Shown here: positions 48,520-60,016 of the stretch, in pieces
Position numbering within the stretch: the first letter of the stretch is position 1
Layout of the letters: every line of letters starts with the position of its first letter
From: Octopus bimaculoides
Taxonomy: Eukaryota
Length of the DNA: 64,000 bases
Direction: 5' to 3'
Assembly (NCBI RefSeq): GCF_001194135.2
Contig: NC_068985.1
Location: 17,858,333 to 17,922,332 of the forward strand
Program-made: the position numbers and the translations under genes
Notes under the pieces: model-generated
The model's database searches: none
Told to the model about the DNA's origin: nothing
The model's input: the letters and a program-made list of their open reading frames with translations, nothing else

Positions 48520-48800
48520 AGGTTTGTCATGAACCTTTAGCACTCATAAGGCTGGAGCTTAAATTGGTTTCTGTTATGTATAAGTGATTAAGATTGCAAC
48601 ACTTCCCCTGAACAGTACCCCAGTCTGTCATGGGGTTAATTTCCCAACTCCTGCTAGAACTCATTTGCAACTGAGTAGACTGGAGCAACAGGAAATGAAG
48701 TGTTTTGGTCTAGAACACAATGTACCATCTAGTCTGGGAAATCAAAACCATGATTTTATGATCATGAGTGCAACACTCTCACTCCTAGGCTATGAGCCTT
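48520..48800 (-). mobile_element. Old SINE sharing the central domain of the 62572 element
   Basis: CTCATTTGCAACTGAGTAGACTGGAGCAACAGGAAATGAAGTG resembles CTCATTTTTGCCAGTTGAGTGGACTGGAGCAACGTGAAAT at about 62757-62795. Confidence 0.6.
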
Positions 48801-49344
48801 CACTGTAACAACCTTAACACGATAATGAATATGTAAATGATAGGTGTTTTATTAGATTGCGAGGACTGAGATATCTGGTACCTTGCTGTACTCAAGAAGA
48901 CCTGTCCTCCACAGCAGAAGTGTTAAGGCTGCCCCACCTGATGAAGAGGATTGACCTGCAAGAGCCTTCTTCTGCTGCCACATAAAATGCATTCATGCCA
49001 CTGCCATATAAAAGCAGCCAGCACACTCTGTAAAGTGGTTGGCATTAGGAAGGGCATCCAGCTGTAGAAACCAGGCCAAAGCAGATGACAAGAACCTGGT
49101 GCAGCTCTCTAGCTTGCCAATTCCAGTCAGACCATCCAACCCATGGAAAACAGACATTTAAGGATGATGATAGGTTAGTGGAAAGCAGTTAAATAACATC
49201 AATAGCACTATGCAATAAAGATAGGTGGCCACTGAGCTGAAGTTGTGAACAGGATTCATTGCACATTGTTCATGTTAATGTCCATGGGAAGAGCTGTTGG
49301 TAGTGTTCTGGTTAGTTGACTTTTTATTTTAATATTTTAGTCCA

Positions 49345-51200
49345 AAGGCAAGCTGGCAGAAATGTTAGAACACCAGGCAAAATGTTTTGAGTTGAAATTC
49401 CACCGAGATCAACTTTGCCTTTCATCCTTTCAGGGTTGATAAATTAAGTACCAGTTGCATACTGGAGTCGATCTAATCGACTGACCCTGCCAACAATTTT
49501 GGGCCTTGTGCCTAGAGTAGAAAAGAATATTGTAGTCCAAAGACAATATGCAAAGCTAGTGGACTTTACAAATCCCATTTGATTGGTTGATAAGAACAAT
49601 GAAGTAAGGTTAATATGGTTTATGTCCAGTTTGAACTTTTGAAAGAAAACATAGGACAAGTACCAAAGCAGTCAAAAGTATATGGATAGTTCTGAGTGCA
49701 GGCGAGGGCATTGCATTGTAAGAAATGCGTGTTTATACAAATTCATTAGCTTTTCTTTCACAGTAAAGTGTAGATTGTACAATGTTTGTGTATGAAGTGT
49801 GGCAGTGAGATGTAACCCCTGAAAGCAGAAGGTTTGTAAAAACCAGAACAAAATGAAGTGATTATGTGTGATGTTAGTGTGCATGAACAGCTGTTATGTA
49901 CAAATGAACTGAAAGAAAAAACTGGATACAAGAGGTATCAAATGTTCTGTGCTGGTACAAGTATGGGACGTGTATAGATGACAGCTGCACACATAAAGAT
50001 GTGCTTCATGTTTAAAAAGAGGGATAGAAGCAGTTTGCCTCCCATTCAACTGCAGTTGGCAGCTATTTATGTGATTTCTACCCAAGCAGCTGTATACTTC
50101 GCTTCCAACCCAATGGCAGTTGGCCATATTACCACTCAGAATTAAGCATCCAGATCATCTTAAAGAGTTTATTACTGTGTCTGATGCAAATCTAATTTAA
50201 GCTTTTAATGAAAATATTTCAACTTCTTGATACATGTTGAGTTAGAATGGGACGTCTGGGCATTGACGTTTTGGCACAACTGCTTTGATGATGGACAATT
50301 TGACACTGCAACATGTGTGCGCATACACATACAACCATACCGAAGGGAGAGTAAACAGAAATATTGATTTCAGATGTTGGTACAAGGCCAGCAATTTCGG
50401 AGGAGGGGGTAAGTCGATTACATCGACCCCAGAATTTAACTGCTACTTATTTTATCGACCCCCCCCCCGCTAAAAAGAAAGACGGATGAAATGTCACTAG
50501 CATTTTTGCCCGTCGTGCTAACGAATCTGTCCGCTCGCCGCCTTAGGACTAAACATTTTGTCCTGCACGCTAACCATTCTGCCAGCTCGCTGCAGGGTAA
50601 ACAGTAATATTGGCTCCAAATCTTGGTACAAAGCTAAGCCAGCAATTGTAGAAGAGACTGCAAGTCAATTACATCGACCCCAGTTTTCAGCTGGTACTTA
50701 TTTTAAAGATGAAAGGCAAACTCAGGACGTAAAGTCGGAAGAAATNNNNNNNNNNNNNNNNNNNNNNNNNNNNNNNNNNNNNNNNNNNNNNNNNNNNNNN
50801 NNNNNNNNNNNNNNNNNNNNNNNNNNNNNNNNNNNNNNNNNNNNNNNNNNNNNNNNNNNNNNNNNNNNNNNNNNNNNNNNNNNNNNNNNNNNNNNNNNNN
50901 NNNNNNNNNNNNNNNNNNNNNNNNNNNNNNNNNNNNNNNNNNNNNNNNNNNNNNNNNNNNNNNNNNTATATATATATATATATATATATATTGCTCACAA
51001 GGGGCTAAACATAGAAGGGACAAACAAGGACCGACAAAGGGATTAAGTCGATTACATCGACCTCAGTGCGTAACTGGTACTTATTTAATCGACCCCGAAA
51101 AGATGAAAGGCAGAGTCGACCTCGGCGGAATTCGAACTCAGATGAAATACCGCTAAGCATTTCGCCCGGCGTGCTAATGATTCTGCCAGCTCGCCACCCT
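49345..51200. mobile_element. Family B SINE cluster in PIGV intron 1 (mixed orientation)
   Basis: 49345-49530 (+); 50370-50545, 50615-50745 and 50990-51200 (-). Confidence 0.8.
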
Positions 51201-51399
51201 GTATATTTTATATAATGTTGTATATATTTATTTTATTATAAATGCAAAACAACATCACGGAGGAATCGACGTAAGCTTAAATAATAAACTGCGATATGGA
51301 GAGGGATTACTGTAAAAGAAAATATATAATGCACGGATTTCAAAAGTGTAGCTATATTTAGTTTTTAAGTTGGTAATTATGAGCACCTCTAAACGTTTT

Positions 51400-52110
51400 T
51401 AGCTTCTGCATTCATTCATACCCAACTAATAAAAATGAGTTGTGTAGAATATGTGCACAAATACTTTGAATGATTTGGGGTGTTTGCACTCTTGTTTTGT
51501 TAATTCCAGTAAGAATATCATTGCAATAATCTAAATTAGAGACAATAAAGCAATGAATCATGTTTTGCATTTCCTTCATTCTGAAATTTCCTAACCTTGT
51601 GTAGGCTACACAGGTGGCATACAAGTACTATGAATAAGTCTTATCACCAAACTTTCAGTACCTATCAGATGTCACCACTAAACTTTTTGCTATTGTTTAT
51701 TGTTGAGACATGCATACGAGATCCAAATATTTATAGAAGCAAACCAGACAAGAACACCTTTAGTTTTATTTATACTGTATTTCATTTTATTGGATGTGAA
51801 CCAGTTTAAAATGTGATCTAGAAAAGTTGACAAGAGGGAAACGTAAATCCATTGTCTGGTGTTTTAACTTGTAACTGTCAAAAATATTTGATTATGGGTT
51901 GACATTAAAATGAGTATAGCAGAGGACCTGATACACAGCAGTTTACATTGGTCTTCTGAAAACAGCATTTTCTGGTGAGGTAAGAGTAGACCCATTGAAC
52001 TTGCATATTATGAAACCAAAAACATGACTGAAGACAAGTATAAAGATATCATGGTTAAATGTGTCAAACACCTCATGTAAATCAGAGAAAATTACAGTTG
52101 ATACATTGCC
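51400..52110 (-). mobile_element. L2/CR1-type LINE RT fragment
   Basis: STVIFSDLHEVFDTFNHDIFI (cf. LDLSAAFDTVNH) and MIHCFIVSNLDYCNDILTG (cf. LIHAFITSRLDYCNSLL), diagnostic of L2/CR1 ORF2. Confidence 0.75.
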
Positions 52111-52299
52111 ATTCCTCATCATCATCATCATCGTTTAACGTATCACCAGGTACAAAATAGGATTTGGAGAAGAAAGACATGGAAGCTGATACAACTCTCT
52201 ACTAGTATTAACTAATACTTATTGTAGGGGTTTCAAGAAAGGTATTAACTGATGCTTATTGTAGGAGTCATGAGAAAGAGACTAATAATGGAAGCAAAA

Positions 52300-53620
52300 T
52301 TGGTAGTTTTTACTAGACAATCTGCTGAGGACTATAGTCCGGATTGGTTTTAGATAAACACAAGGAAACATGGTGTTGGAACAATAGTGTAGACAGAGTC
52401 ATAACAGCTAAGAGCCAAGCTTGGGAAAATTGGAAGAAAGCAGGTAGAAGAGAAAAAGATCAAAAGCTAGAAGAGAAACTAGATGTCATGTATACGCAGG
52501 AGAAAGGAAGATGTTGCTTATGTGTATGCAGAATGATAACTGCACAGTTGCTCTCACTGATGCTGAAAGAAAGTGGTATGAAAGTGTTTCAATGAGAGGC
52601 TTTTGAACATGGAGAATGGGAGGGAGGGAGAGAGAGAGAGAGAGAATCTGCCCCAAGTAAACTCAGAAGAGGGACAGCCAGCCAAATTGACAGTTATGTG
52701 GTTGATAGAGTGATTAAGGACATGAATGTAGGAAAACCAGCTGATTCATGAGGAGGGTCACTGAGATGCATAAAATATGAAGCAATGTAGGGTACAGACT
52801 AGTTATTTGAATAGTCAAGTCATGCAGGAATGTGTCATATCCAATGATTATCAAAGCAATGCTAATTCGAACTGCTAAAAAGACAAAGGAGACATCTTAG
52901 AGGAGAAAACTACCAAGGCATCAAATTGTTGGATCAGGTTATGAACAGGATTAGCTTGAATGAGATTCATTTCAACTTTATCCTAGAAAGAGATGTCATA
53001 TTTTCAGTGACACAGCTGCAAGGGGAGTATTTAGTTAGGAGTAAGCTCCTACCTTTAGCACTCATTGATGTGAAGAAAACTCTGACAGAGTCCTTTTGGT
53101 GTTGCTAAGCAAAGTAAAGGTAGATAAATAGCTCTTGAAAGATGTAAGGAGCTATGTACTGCTCAGTGGAAATCAGCAATGAGTCCAGTGAGTAATTTAA
53201 TGTGCAAGTAAGGATCTTTCAGGGCTCAGTTCTCAACCATTTCTGTTTATCATAGTCCCCAAGCCATACAGAGGAATTGAGGACTGACTGTTCTTAAGAG
53301 TTCCTCTATGCTGATGAATTATCTCTTATAACAGATTTTGTTGAAGAACTGAAGCAGAAATTCTGGGCATGGAAGCAAGACCTGGAATCGAAGAGCCTTA
53401 AAATAAACTTAGCAAAAACATATTTTAGTAAGTAGGAAGGAAGTAAGGACACTGATACCATGAAGGAAATGGCTGTGCTCCTTATACATAAAAGGAGTTG
53501 GTAGAAATTTCGTAAATTGTGCTAAGGTTAACAGAGAAAGAATTCATATGCAGCAGATACTTTTGGGCAATGAATACAAAAAATGCCTTGAGAAATAGAT
53601 TCTTTCAAAAGCTCAGATGA
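52300..53620 (+). mobile_element. Highly decayed RTE LINE (pre-RT and RT region)
   Basis: WCWNNSVDRVITAKSQAW..WK; YQGIKLLDQVM; LPLALIDVKK; CAGGGCTCAGTTCTCAACC (QGSVL); CTCTATGCTGATGA (LYADD). Confidence 0.75.
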
Positions 53621-54424
53621 CTTTTTTTCATAAAAACCAGTCAAATTTTATGCTGATGAAATATTTAAATTGCCTGATAGATGGACATGTGTCATTAATA
53701 ATAATGGAAATTATTTCAGTGAATAAGATTTATATCCCTTTTTGCATATTAAAAAATGCTCAGAGCTTTTCCTGATAACCTAATATATATATATGCTACA
53801 TGCTTCCATACAATTTTTGCCTATCAGTTCCATTCCCCAGGCATTGGTCAATCTGAAGCTACATTAGAAGACACTTAACCAGAGTGCCATACCATAAGAT
53901 AGAACTCGAAACCACTTGGCTTGAAAGTGAACTCCATATCCACACAGCCATAGATATGTGTGTATGTGTGTGTGTTTTATTGAATACTAGAAGATTTAGA
54001 AGACCAGTTTAGTGTTTATACCAATTCTGCAGTTCACAAAGGTCAATGCACTTAACTATTTGGAATTATTTGAGAGAAAATTAAGCAGAAAATCTTTCTA
54101 TAAACAAATCCAGCTAAGCTGACCTTATTCAATACCACTCTATAAATCTATCACATTTGATGTGGCTGTACACAAAGTAAGAAAATCTTGTGATGAGTTA
54201 GGTGATAGGTAAAGTAGCGACAAGAGTTCATACAGAGGGACTAATGAAAAGACTGGTGCAGGAAGACCAGATAACTCTGGCACTCACATTACAGGTAATT
54301 TTACTTCGAATTGAACATGTGCAAGAGTGTGTATGCGTATAATTGTTATTGGTGTTGTTTGCACAATTGTCTGCATTTCTGTGTCATGACATATATGTAT
54401 TTATAGTCTATCCTTTTTTTTCAG

Positions 54425-55591
54425 ATGATTTCAAATGAAATACTTCCTGACCATGATGCTGGAGTTTTTAACCCTCCTTTTCCAGAAAGTTCTGGGATTT
54501 TTGATTCTCTCATTGATAAACTTTTTGGAGGTTTAAGACGCTGGGATGCCGTTTATTTTCTGCATATTGCAAATCATGGCTACACTTATGAAAACTGTTT
54601 GGCATTTTTCCCACTTTTCCCTCTCACAGTTTATATATTTTCATCCTGCCTGTATTTCCCTTTTTATTTTATCTTCAGTTTTTCAAGACTCCTTCTATTA
54701 ACTGCTGTTTCTCTTAACATGATATTTTCTGTTCTTTCATCACTTACATTATACAACTTAGGAAAAGAAGCAACAGGGAGCCAATCATTGGCTTTCAAAG
54801 CAGCATTATTATACATCCTTTCTCCAGCTTCAGTCTTTTTCATGGCTCCATATTCTGAAAGTCTATTCAGTTTCCTCTCTTTCACCGGAATGCTTTTACA
54901 CCTGAAACAAAGACCGATATATGCTGCCTTATTATTTGGTTTTAGTGCTTTAGCACGTTCAAATGGTATAGTAGCTCTTGGATTTATCTTGCATTGGAAT
55001 TTACAAAAATTTTTAAATATTACCTTTTTATGTCAAAAGAAGCTGTTAATGATGAAAGAGCATCTTAAAAACTTTATATTTACAATCATCCAAATCATAA
55101 TTCTTGTAGCTCCATTTTTCTTATACCAGTTATATACTTTTCTTCTCTATTGTAAACCAAATGACTCAAAGGAACACTTAATAAAAACTCCTTTTGATAT
55201 TCATGTAACTAAATATGGACATGAAATGGGCTTTAAATTTCCAGATAATTCTACCAATGTTTCAGAGTGGTGTCATTATAAACTTCCCATTTCATATTCA
55301 TTTATTCAAAAACATTATTGGAATACAGGGTTCCTTAGATATTTTCACTGGAAACAAATTCCTAACTTTCTACTGGCTTCACCAATGATTTGTCTTTGTT
55401 TAGCTTCTTGCTATACATATTTTAAACTACAGAGAAGTCACTGCTTATTCCTTGGACTGACTATTCCCAGAAGAAGTAAAATATCAAATCCAAAAGCCAT
55501 GAAATATGGTTTCTCTAATATGCAAATTTTTGTATTTGGTGCACAAATGCTATTTTTTACAATATTTGGATTTTTTTGTATTCATGTACAG
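54425..55591 (+). CDS. PIGV: PIGV (GPI mannosyltransferase 2) coding exon 2
   Basis: PDHDAGVF, GGLRRWDAVYFLHIANHGYTYENCLAFFPLFP, PASVFFMAPYSESLF, ARSNG, YSFIQKHYWNTGFLRYFHWKQIPNFLLASP are hallmark Gpi18/PIGV motifs. Polypyrimidine plus CAG acceptor, CAG|GTAAGA donor, 1167 nt. Confidence 0.97.
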
Positions 55592-56122
55592 GTAAGAAAT
55601 ATTTTAATCTACTGTTCTGTGTACATTAAGTGAAATAACTATCTAGGATTATTTTAGGAATAATATTAAAAATTTTCTAAAGAATTATATACTGGGTGCT
55701 CGAAATAACCATTGTAAAGTTTCAAAAAGAAATTCTCTGTATGAAAGTGAAAAGAGTACAGAAAGTAGAGGATGCAGTGTAGTTATATATACATACATAC
55801 ATACATACATANNNNNNNNNNNNNNNNNNNNNNNNNNNNNNNNNNNNNNNNNNNNNNNNNNNNNNNNNNNNNNNNNNNNNNNNNNNNNNNNNNNNNNNNN
55901 NNNNNNNNNNNNNNNNNNNNNNNNNNNNNNNNNNNNNNNNNNNNNNNNNNNNNNNNNNNNNNNNNNNNNNNNNNNNNNNNNNNNNNNNNNNNNNNNNNNN
56001 NNNNNNNNNNNNNNNNNNNNNNNNNNNNNNNNNNNNNNNNNNNNNNNNNNNNNNNNNNNNNNNNNNNNNNNNNNNNNNNNNNNNNNNNNNNNNNNNNNNN
56101 NNNNNNNNNNNNNNNNNNNNNN

Positions 56123-56423
56123 GTGTTTATTGAGCGAAAACACCTAAAGCTCCACGAGGCTCCGGCAGGGGATAGTGGCAAACCCTGCTGTACTCTTTCA
56201 CCACAACTTTCTCTCACTCTTTCTTCCTGTTTCTGTTGTGCCTGTAATTCAAAGGGTCAGCCTTGTCGCACTGTTTCACGCTGAATATACCCGATAACTA
56301 TGTTAAGGGTGCACGTGTCTGTGGAGTGCTCAGCCACTTGCGCGTTAATTTCACGAGCAGGCTGTTCTGTTGATTGGATCAACTGGAACCCTCGACGTCG
56401 TAAGCGACGGAGTGCCAACAGCA
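56123..56423 (+). mobile_element. SINE family C, head lost in gap
   Basis: Reverse complement of the family C body and tail; ends about 110 bp before PIGV exon 3. Confidence 0.88.
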
Positions 56424-56534
56424 AAAAAATTTGAAACAAAGACTATATGCAAAGCCTCTCTCTAGAAATATTGTAAATGAATAATTGTTGTCTTGTTAGA
56501 TATAAAATATATGAAGAATATTTTCTTGTTGCAG

Positions 56535-56786
56535 GTGCTTACAAGACTTATTGCTTCCAGTTGTCCTTTTGTCTACTGGTTTTCAGCATATGTTATTAGT
56601 ATAAACACGCAAGGCGTCTCAGCAGATGAAGAAAGTGTCACCTTGAAAAAAAATAGATTTTGTGGAATTACGCAAGAAATTCTAACAAATAAATCCAATG
56701 ATATTTCAAGACTTATAATCTTTTACTATCTTTCATATTGCTTCATTGGAACTATAGCTTTCTCAAATTTTTTACCCTGGACATAG
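56535..56786 (+). CDS. PIGV: PIGV coding exon 3 (stop codon)
   Basis: VLTRLIASSCPFVYWFSAY...IGTIAFSNFLPWT* matches the PIGV C-terminus (QVLTRFLGSSTP...SNFLPWT). TTGCAG acceptor, TAG stop. The three exons sum to 1488 nt (495 aa). Confidence 0.96.
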   Translation: MLTRLIASSCPFVYWFSAYVISINTQGVSADEESVTLKKNRFCGITQEILTNKSNDISRLIIFYYLSYCFIGTIAFSNFLPWT

Positions 56787-56949
56787 GATTTTCAGCTGTG
56801 CTCATTGAAATACTAAATATTATAATGATATAAATTAAATATTTACATGTCTATATGTACTCTGAACCAATGAAATGTAAAAAAAGAAAAATGTTAAAAA
56901 ATTCCATAAAAATTGGTCTTTCATTTTCAGTTGTTATTAACATTGGTGT

Positions 56950-57132
56950 CAAATTTTGGCACAAGGCCAGCAATTTCGTTGGAGGGGCTAAGTTGGCTAC
57001 TGGTACTTATTTTATTAACCCTGAAAGGACAAAAGGCAAAGTCAACCACTGCAGAATTTGAACTCAGAAGATAAAGACAGATGAAATGCCGGCAAACCTG
57101 ATGTGATAACAATTCTGCCAGCTCACTGCCTT
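56950..57132 (-). mobile_element. SINE family B in the inferred PIGV 3' UTR
   Basis: GGCACAAGGCCAGCAATTT...CAGAATTTGAACTCAGAA...GCCAGCTCACTGCCTT, between the stop codon and the AATAAA at 57263. Confidence 0.8.
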
Positions 57133-57262
57133 TAAATTATTGTTAATAATGTAATTAAAAAAAGTATACAAATGTGATGGTGTGCATTTGATCAAATTTT
57201 GGACTGGTTTAGAAAACACAAATACTGACTTGTTATAAAGTCAAGACATTTTATCTATTTCA

Positions 57263-57268
57263 AATAAA
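57263..57268 (+). terminator. Candidate PIGV polyadenylation signal AATAAA
   Basis: First AATAAA after the stop codon (about 480 nt), followed by a U-rich tract. Inferred. Confidence 0.4.
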
Positions 57269-57344
57269 ATTTCATTAATTTTTCAAATTACATTTTGTTA
57301 ATTTTATACTCCCAGCTTGAAGTATCTCTTTTCTCTTTTCTCTC

Positions 57345-57711
57345 TTTTAATTGTTTCAGTCATTTGACTGTGGCCATGCTGGAGCACCGCCTTTAGTCGA
57401 GCAAATCGACCCCAGGACTTATTCTTTGTAAGCCTAGTACTTATTCTATCAGTCTCTTTTGCCGAACCGCTAAGTTACGAGAATGTAAATACACCAGCAT
57501 CGGTTGTCAAGCGATGGTGGGGGGACAGACACACAAACATATACACACACATACATATATACATATATACGACGGGCTTCTTTCAGTTTCCATCTACCAA
57601 ATCCACTCACAAGGCTTTGGTCGGCCCAAGGCTATAGTAGAAGACACTTGCCCAAGGTGCCACGCAGTGGGACTGAACCCAGAACCATATGGTTCGTAAG
57701 CAAGCTACTTA
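57345..57711 (-). mobile_element. SINE family A running into a gap
   Basis: Low-divergence reverse-strand copy downstream of PIGV. Confidence 0.88.
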
Positions 57712-58245
57712 NNNNNNNNNNNNNNNNNNNNNNNNNNNNNNNNNNNNNNNNNNNNNNNNNNNNNNNNNNNNNNNNNNNNNNNNNNNNNNNNNNNNNNNNN
57801 NNNNNNNNNNNNNNNNNNNNNNNNNNNNNNNNNNNNNNNNNNNNNNNNNNNNNNNNNNNNNNNNNNNNNNNNNNNNNNNNNNNNNNNNNNNNNNNNNNNN
57901 NNNNNNNNNNNNNNNNNNNNNNNNNNNNNNNNNNNNNNNNNNNNNNNNNNNNNNNNNNNNNNNNNNNNNNNNNNNNNNNNNNNNNNNNNNNNNNNNNNNN
58001 NNNNNNNNNNNNNNNNNNNNNNNNNNNNNNNNNNNNNNNNNNNNNNNNNNNNNNNNNNNNNNNNNNNNNNNNNNNNNNNNNNNNNNNNNNNNNNNNNNNN
58101 NNNNNNNNNNNNNNNNNNNNNNNNNNNNNNNNNNNNNNNNNNNNNNNNNNNNNNNNNNNNNNNNNNNNNNNNNNNNNNNNNNNNNNNNNNNNNNNNNNNN
58201 NNNNNNNNNNNNNNNNNNNNNNNNNNNNNNNNNNNNNNNNNNNNN

Positions 58246-58552
58246 AATTAACGTGCAAGTGGCTGAGCACTCCACAGACACGTGTACCCTTAACGTAGTT
58301 CTCGGGGATATTCAGCGTGACACAGTGTGACAAGGTTGGCCCTTTGAATTACAGGCACAAGAGAAACAGAAAGTAAGAGTGAGAGAAAGTTGTGGTGGAA
58401 GAGTACAGCAGGGTTTGCCACCATCCCCTGCCGGAGCCTCGTGGAGCTTTAGGTGTTTTCGCTCAATAAACACTCACAACGCCCGGTCTGGGAATCGAAA
58501 CTGCGATCCTATGACCGCGAGTCCGCTGCCCTAACCACTGGGCCACTGCGCC
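58246..58552 (-). mobile_element. SINE family C, tail lost in gap
   Basis: Family C body and tRNA-like head abutting an N gap. Confidence 0.88.
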
Positions 58553-58580
58553 GCATATGATGTAGATAGAGTGAAACATT

Positions 58581-60016
58581 ATGACGGATAAAATCCAGAC
58601 CTCATGTTAACATATGATGGATAAAATCCAGACCTCATGTTAACATATGACGAATAAAATCTTGACCTCGTGTTAACATATGACGGATAAAATCTTGACC
58701 NNNNNNNNNNNNNNNNNNNNNNNNNNNNNNNNNNNNNNNNNNNNNNNNNNNNNNNNNNNNNNNNNNNNNNNNNNNNNNNNNNNNNNNNNNNNNNNNNNNN
58801 NNNNNNNNNNNNNNNNNNNNNNNNNNNNNNNNNNNNNNNNNNNNNNNNNNNNNNNNNNNNNNNNNNNNNNNNNNNNNNNNNNNNNNNNNNNNNNNNNNNN
58901 NNNNNNNNNNNNNNNNNNNNNNNNNNNNNNNNNNNNNNNNNNNNNNNNNNNNNNNNNNNNNNNNNNNNNNNNNNNNNNNNNNNNNNNNNNNNNNNNNNNN
59001 NNNNNNNNNNNNNNNNNNNNNNNNNNNNNNNNNNNNNNNNNNNNNNNNNNNNNNNNNNNNNNNNNNNNNNNNNNNNNNNNNNNNNNNNNNNNNNNNNNNN
59101 NNNNNNNNNNNNNNNNNNNNNNNNNNNNNNNNNNNNNNNNNNNNNNNNNNNNNNNNNNNNNNNNNNNNNNNNNNNNNNNNNNNNNNNNNNNNNNNNNNNN
59201 NNNNNNNNNNNNNNNNNNNNNNNNNNNNNNNNNNNNNNNNNNNNNNNNNNNNNNNNNNNNNNNNNNNNNNNNNNNNNNNNNNNNNNNNNNNNNNNNNNNN
59301 NNNNNNNNNNNNNNNNNNNNNNNNNNNNNNNNNNNNNNNNNNNNNNNNNNNNNNNNNNNNNNNNNNNNNNNNNNNNNNNNNNNNNNNNNNNNNNNNNNNN
59401 NNNNNNNNNNNNNNNNNNNNNNNNNNNNNNNNNNNNNNNNNNNNNNNNNNNNNNNNNNNNNNNNNNNNNNNNNNNNNNNNNNNNNNNNNNNNNNNNNNNN
59501 NNNNNNNNNNNNNNNNNNNNNNNNNNNNNNNNNNNNNNNNNNNNNNNNNNNNNNNGACCTCGTGTTAACATATGACGGATAAAATCTTGACCTCGTGTTA
59601 ACATATGACGGATAAAATCTTGACCTCGTGTTAACATATGACGGATAAAATCCAGACCTCATGTTAACATATGACGGATAAAATCTTGACCTCGTGTTAA
59701 CATATGACGGATAAACTCATGACCTCGTGTTAACATATGACGGATAAAATCTTGACCTCGTGTTAACATATGACGGATAAAATCTTGACCTCGTGTTAAC
59801 ATATGACGGATAAAATCTTGACCTCGTGTTAACATATTNNNNNNNNNNNNNNNNNNNNNNNNNNNNNNNNNNNNNNNNNNNNNNNNNNNNNNNNNNNNTG
59901 ACCTCGTGTTAACATATGACGGATAAAATCTTGACCTCGTGTTAACATATGACGGATAAAATCTTGACCTCGTGTTAACATATGACGGATAAAATCTTGA
60001 CCTCGTGTTAACATAT
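58581..60016. repeat. 33-bp minisatellite (GACCTCGTGTTAACATATGACGGATAAAATCTT)n
   Basis: About 15-16 units are visible, with two N gaps. No spacers. Two co-varying unit types. Confidence 0.95.

Noticed and set aside
55685-59662. Long ORFs filled with X (also 14196-14972 and 50558-51046)
   Set aside because: Artefacts of translating N gaps.
58581-60016. CRISPR-like array (33-bp unit with palindromes)
   Set aside because: Units are directly adjacent with no unique spacers, there are no cas genes, and the context is eukaryotic; it is a minisatellite.
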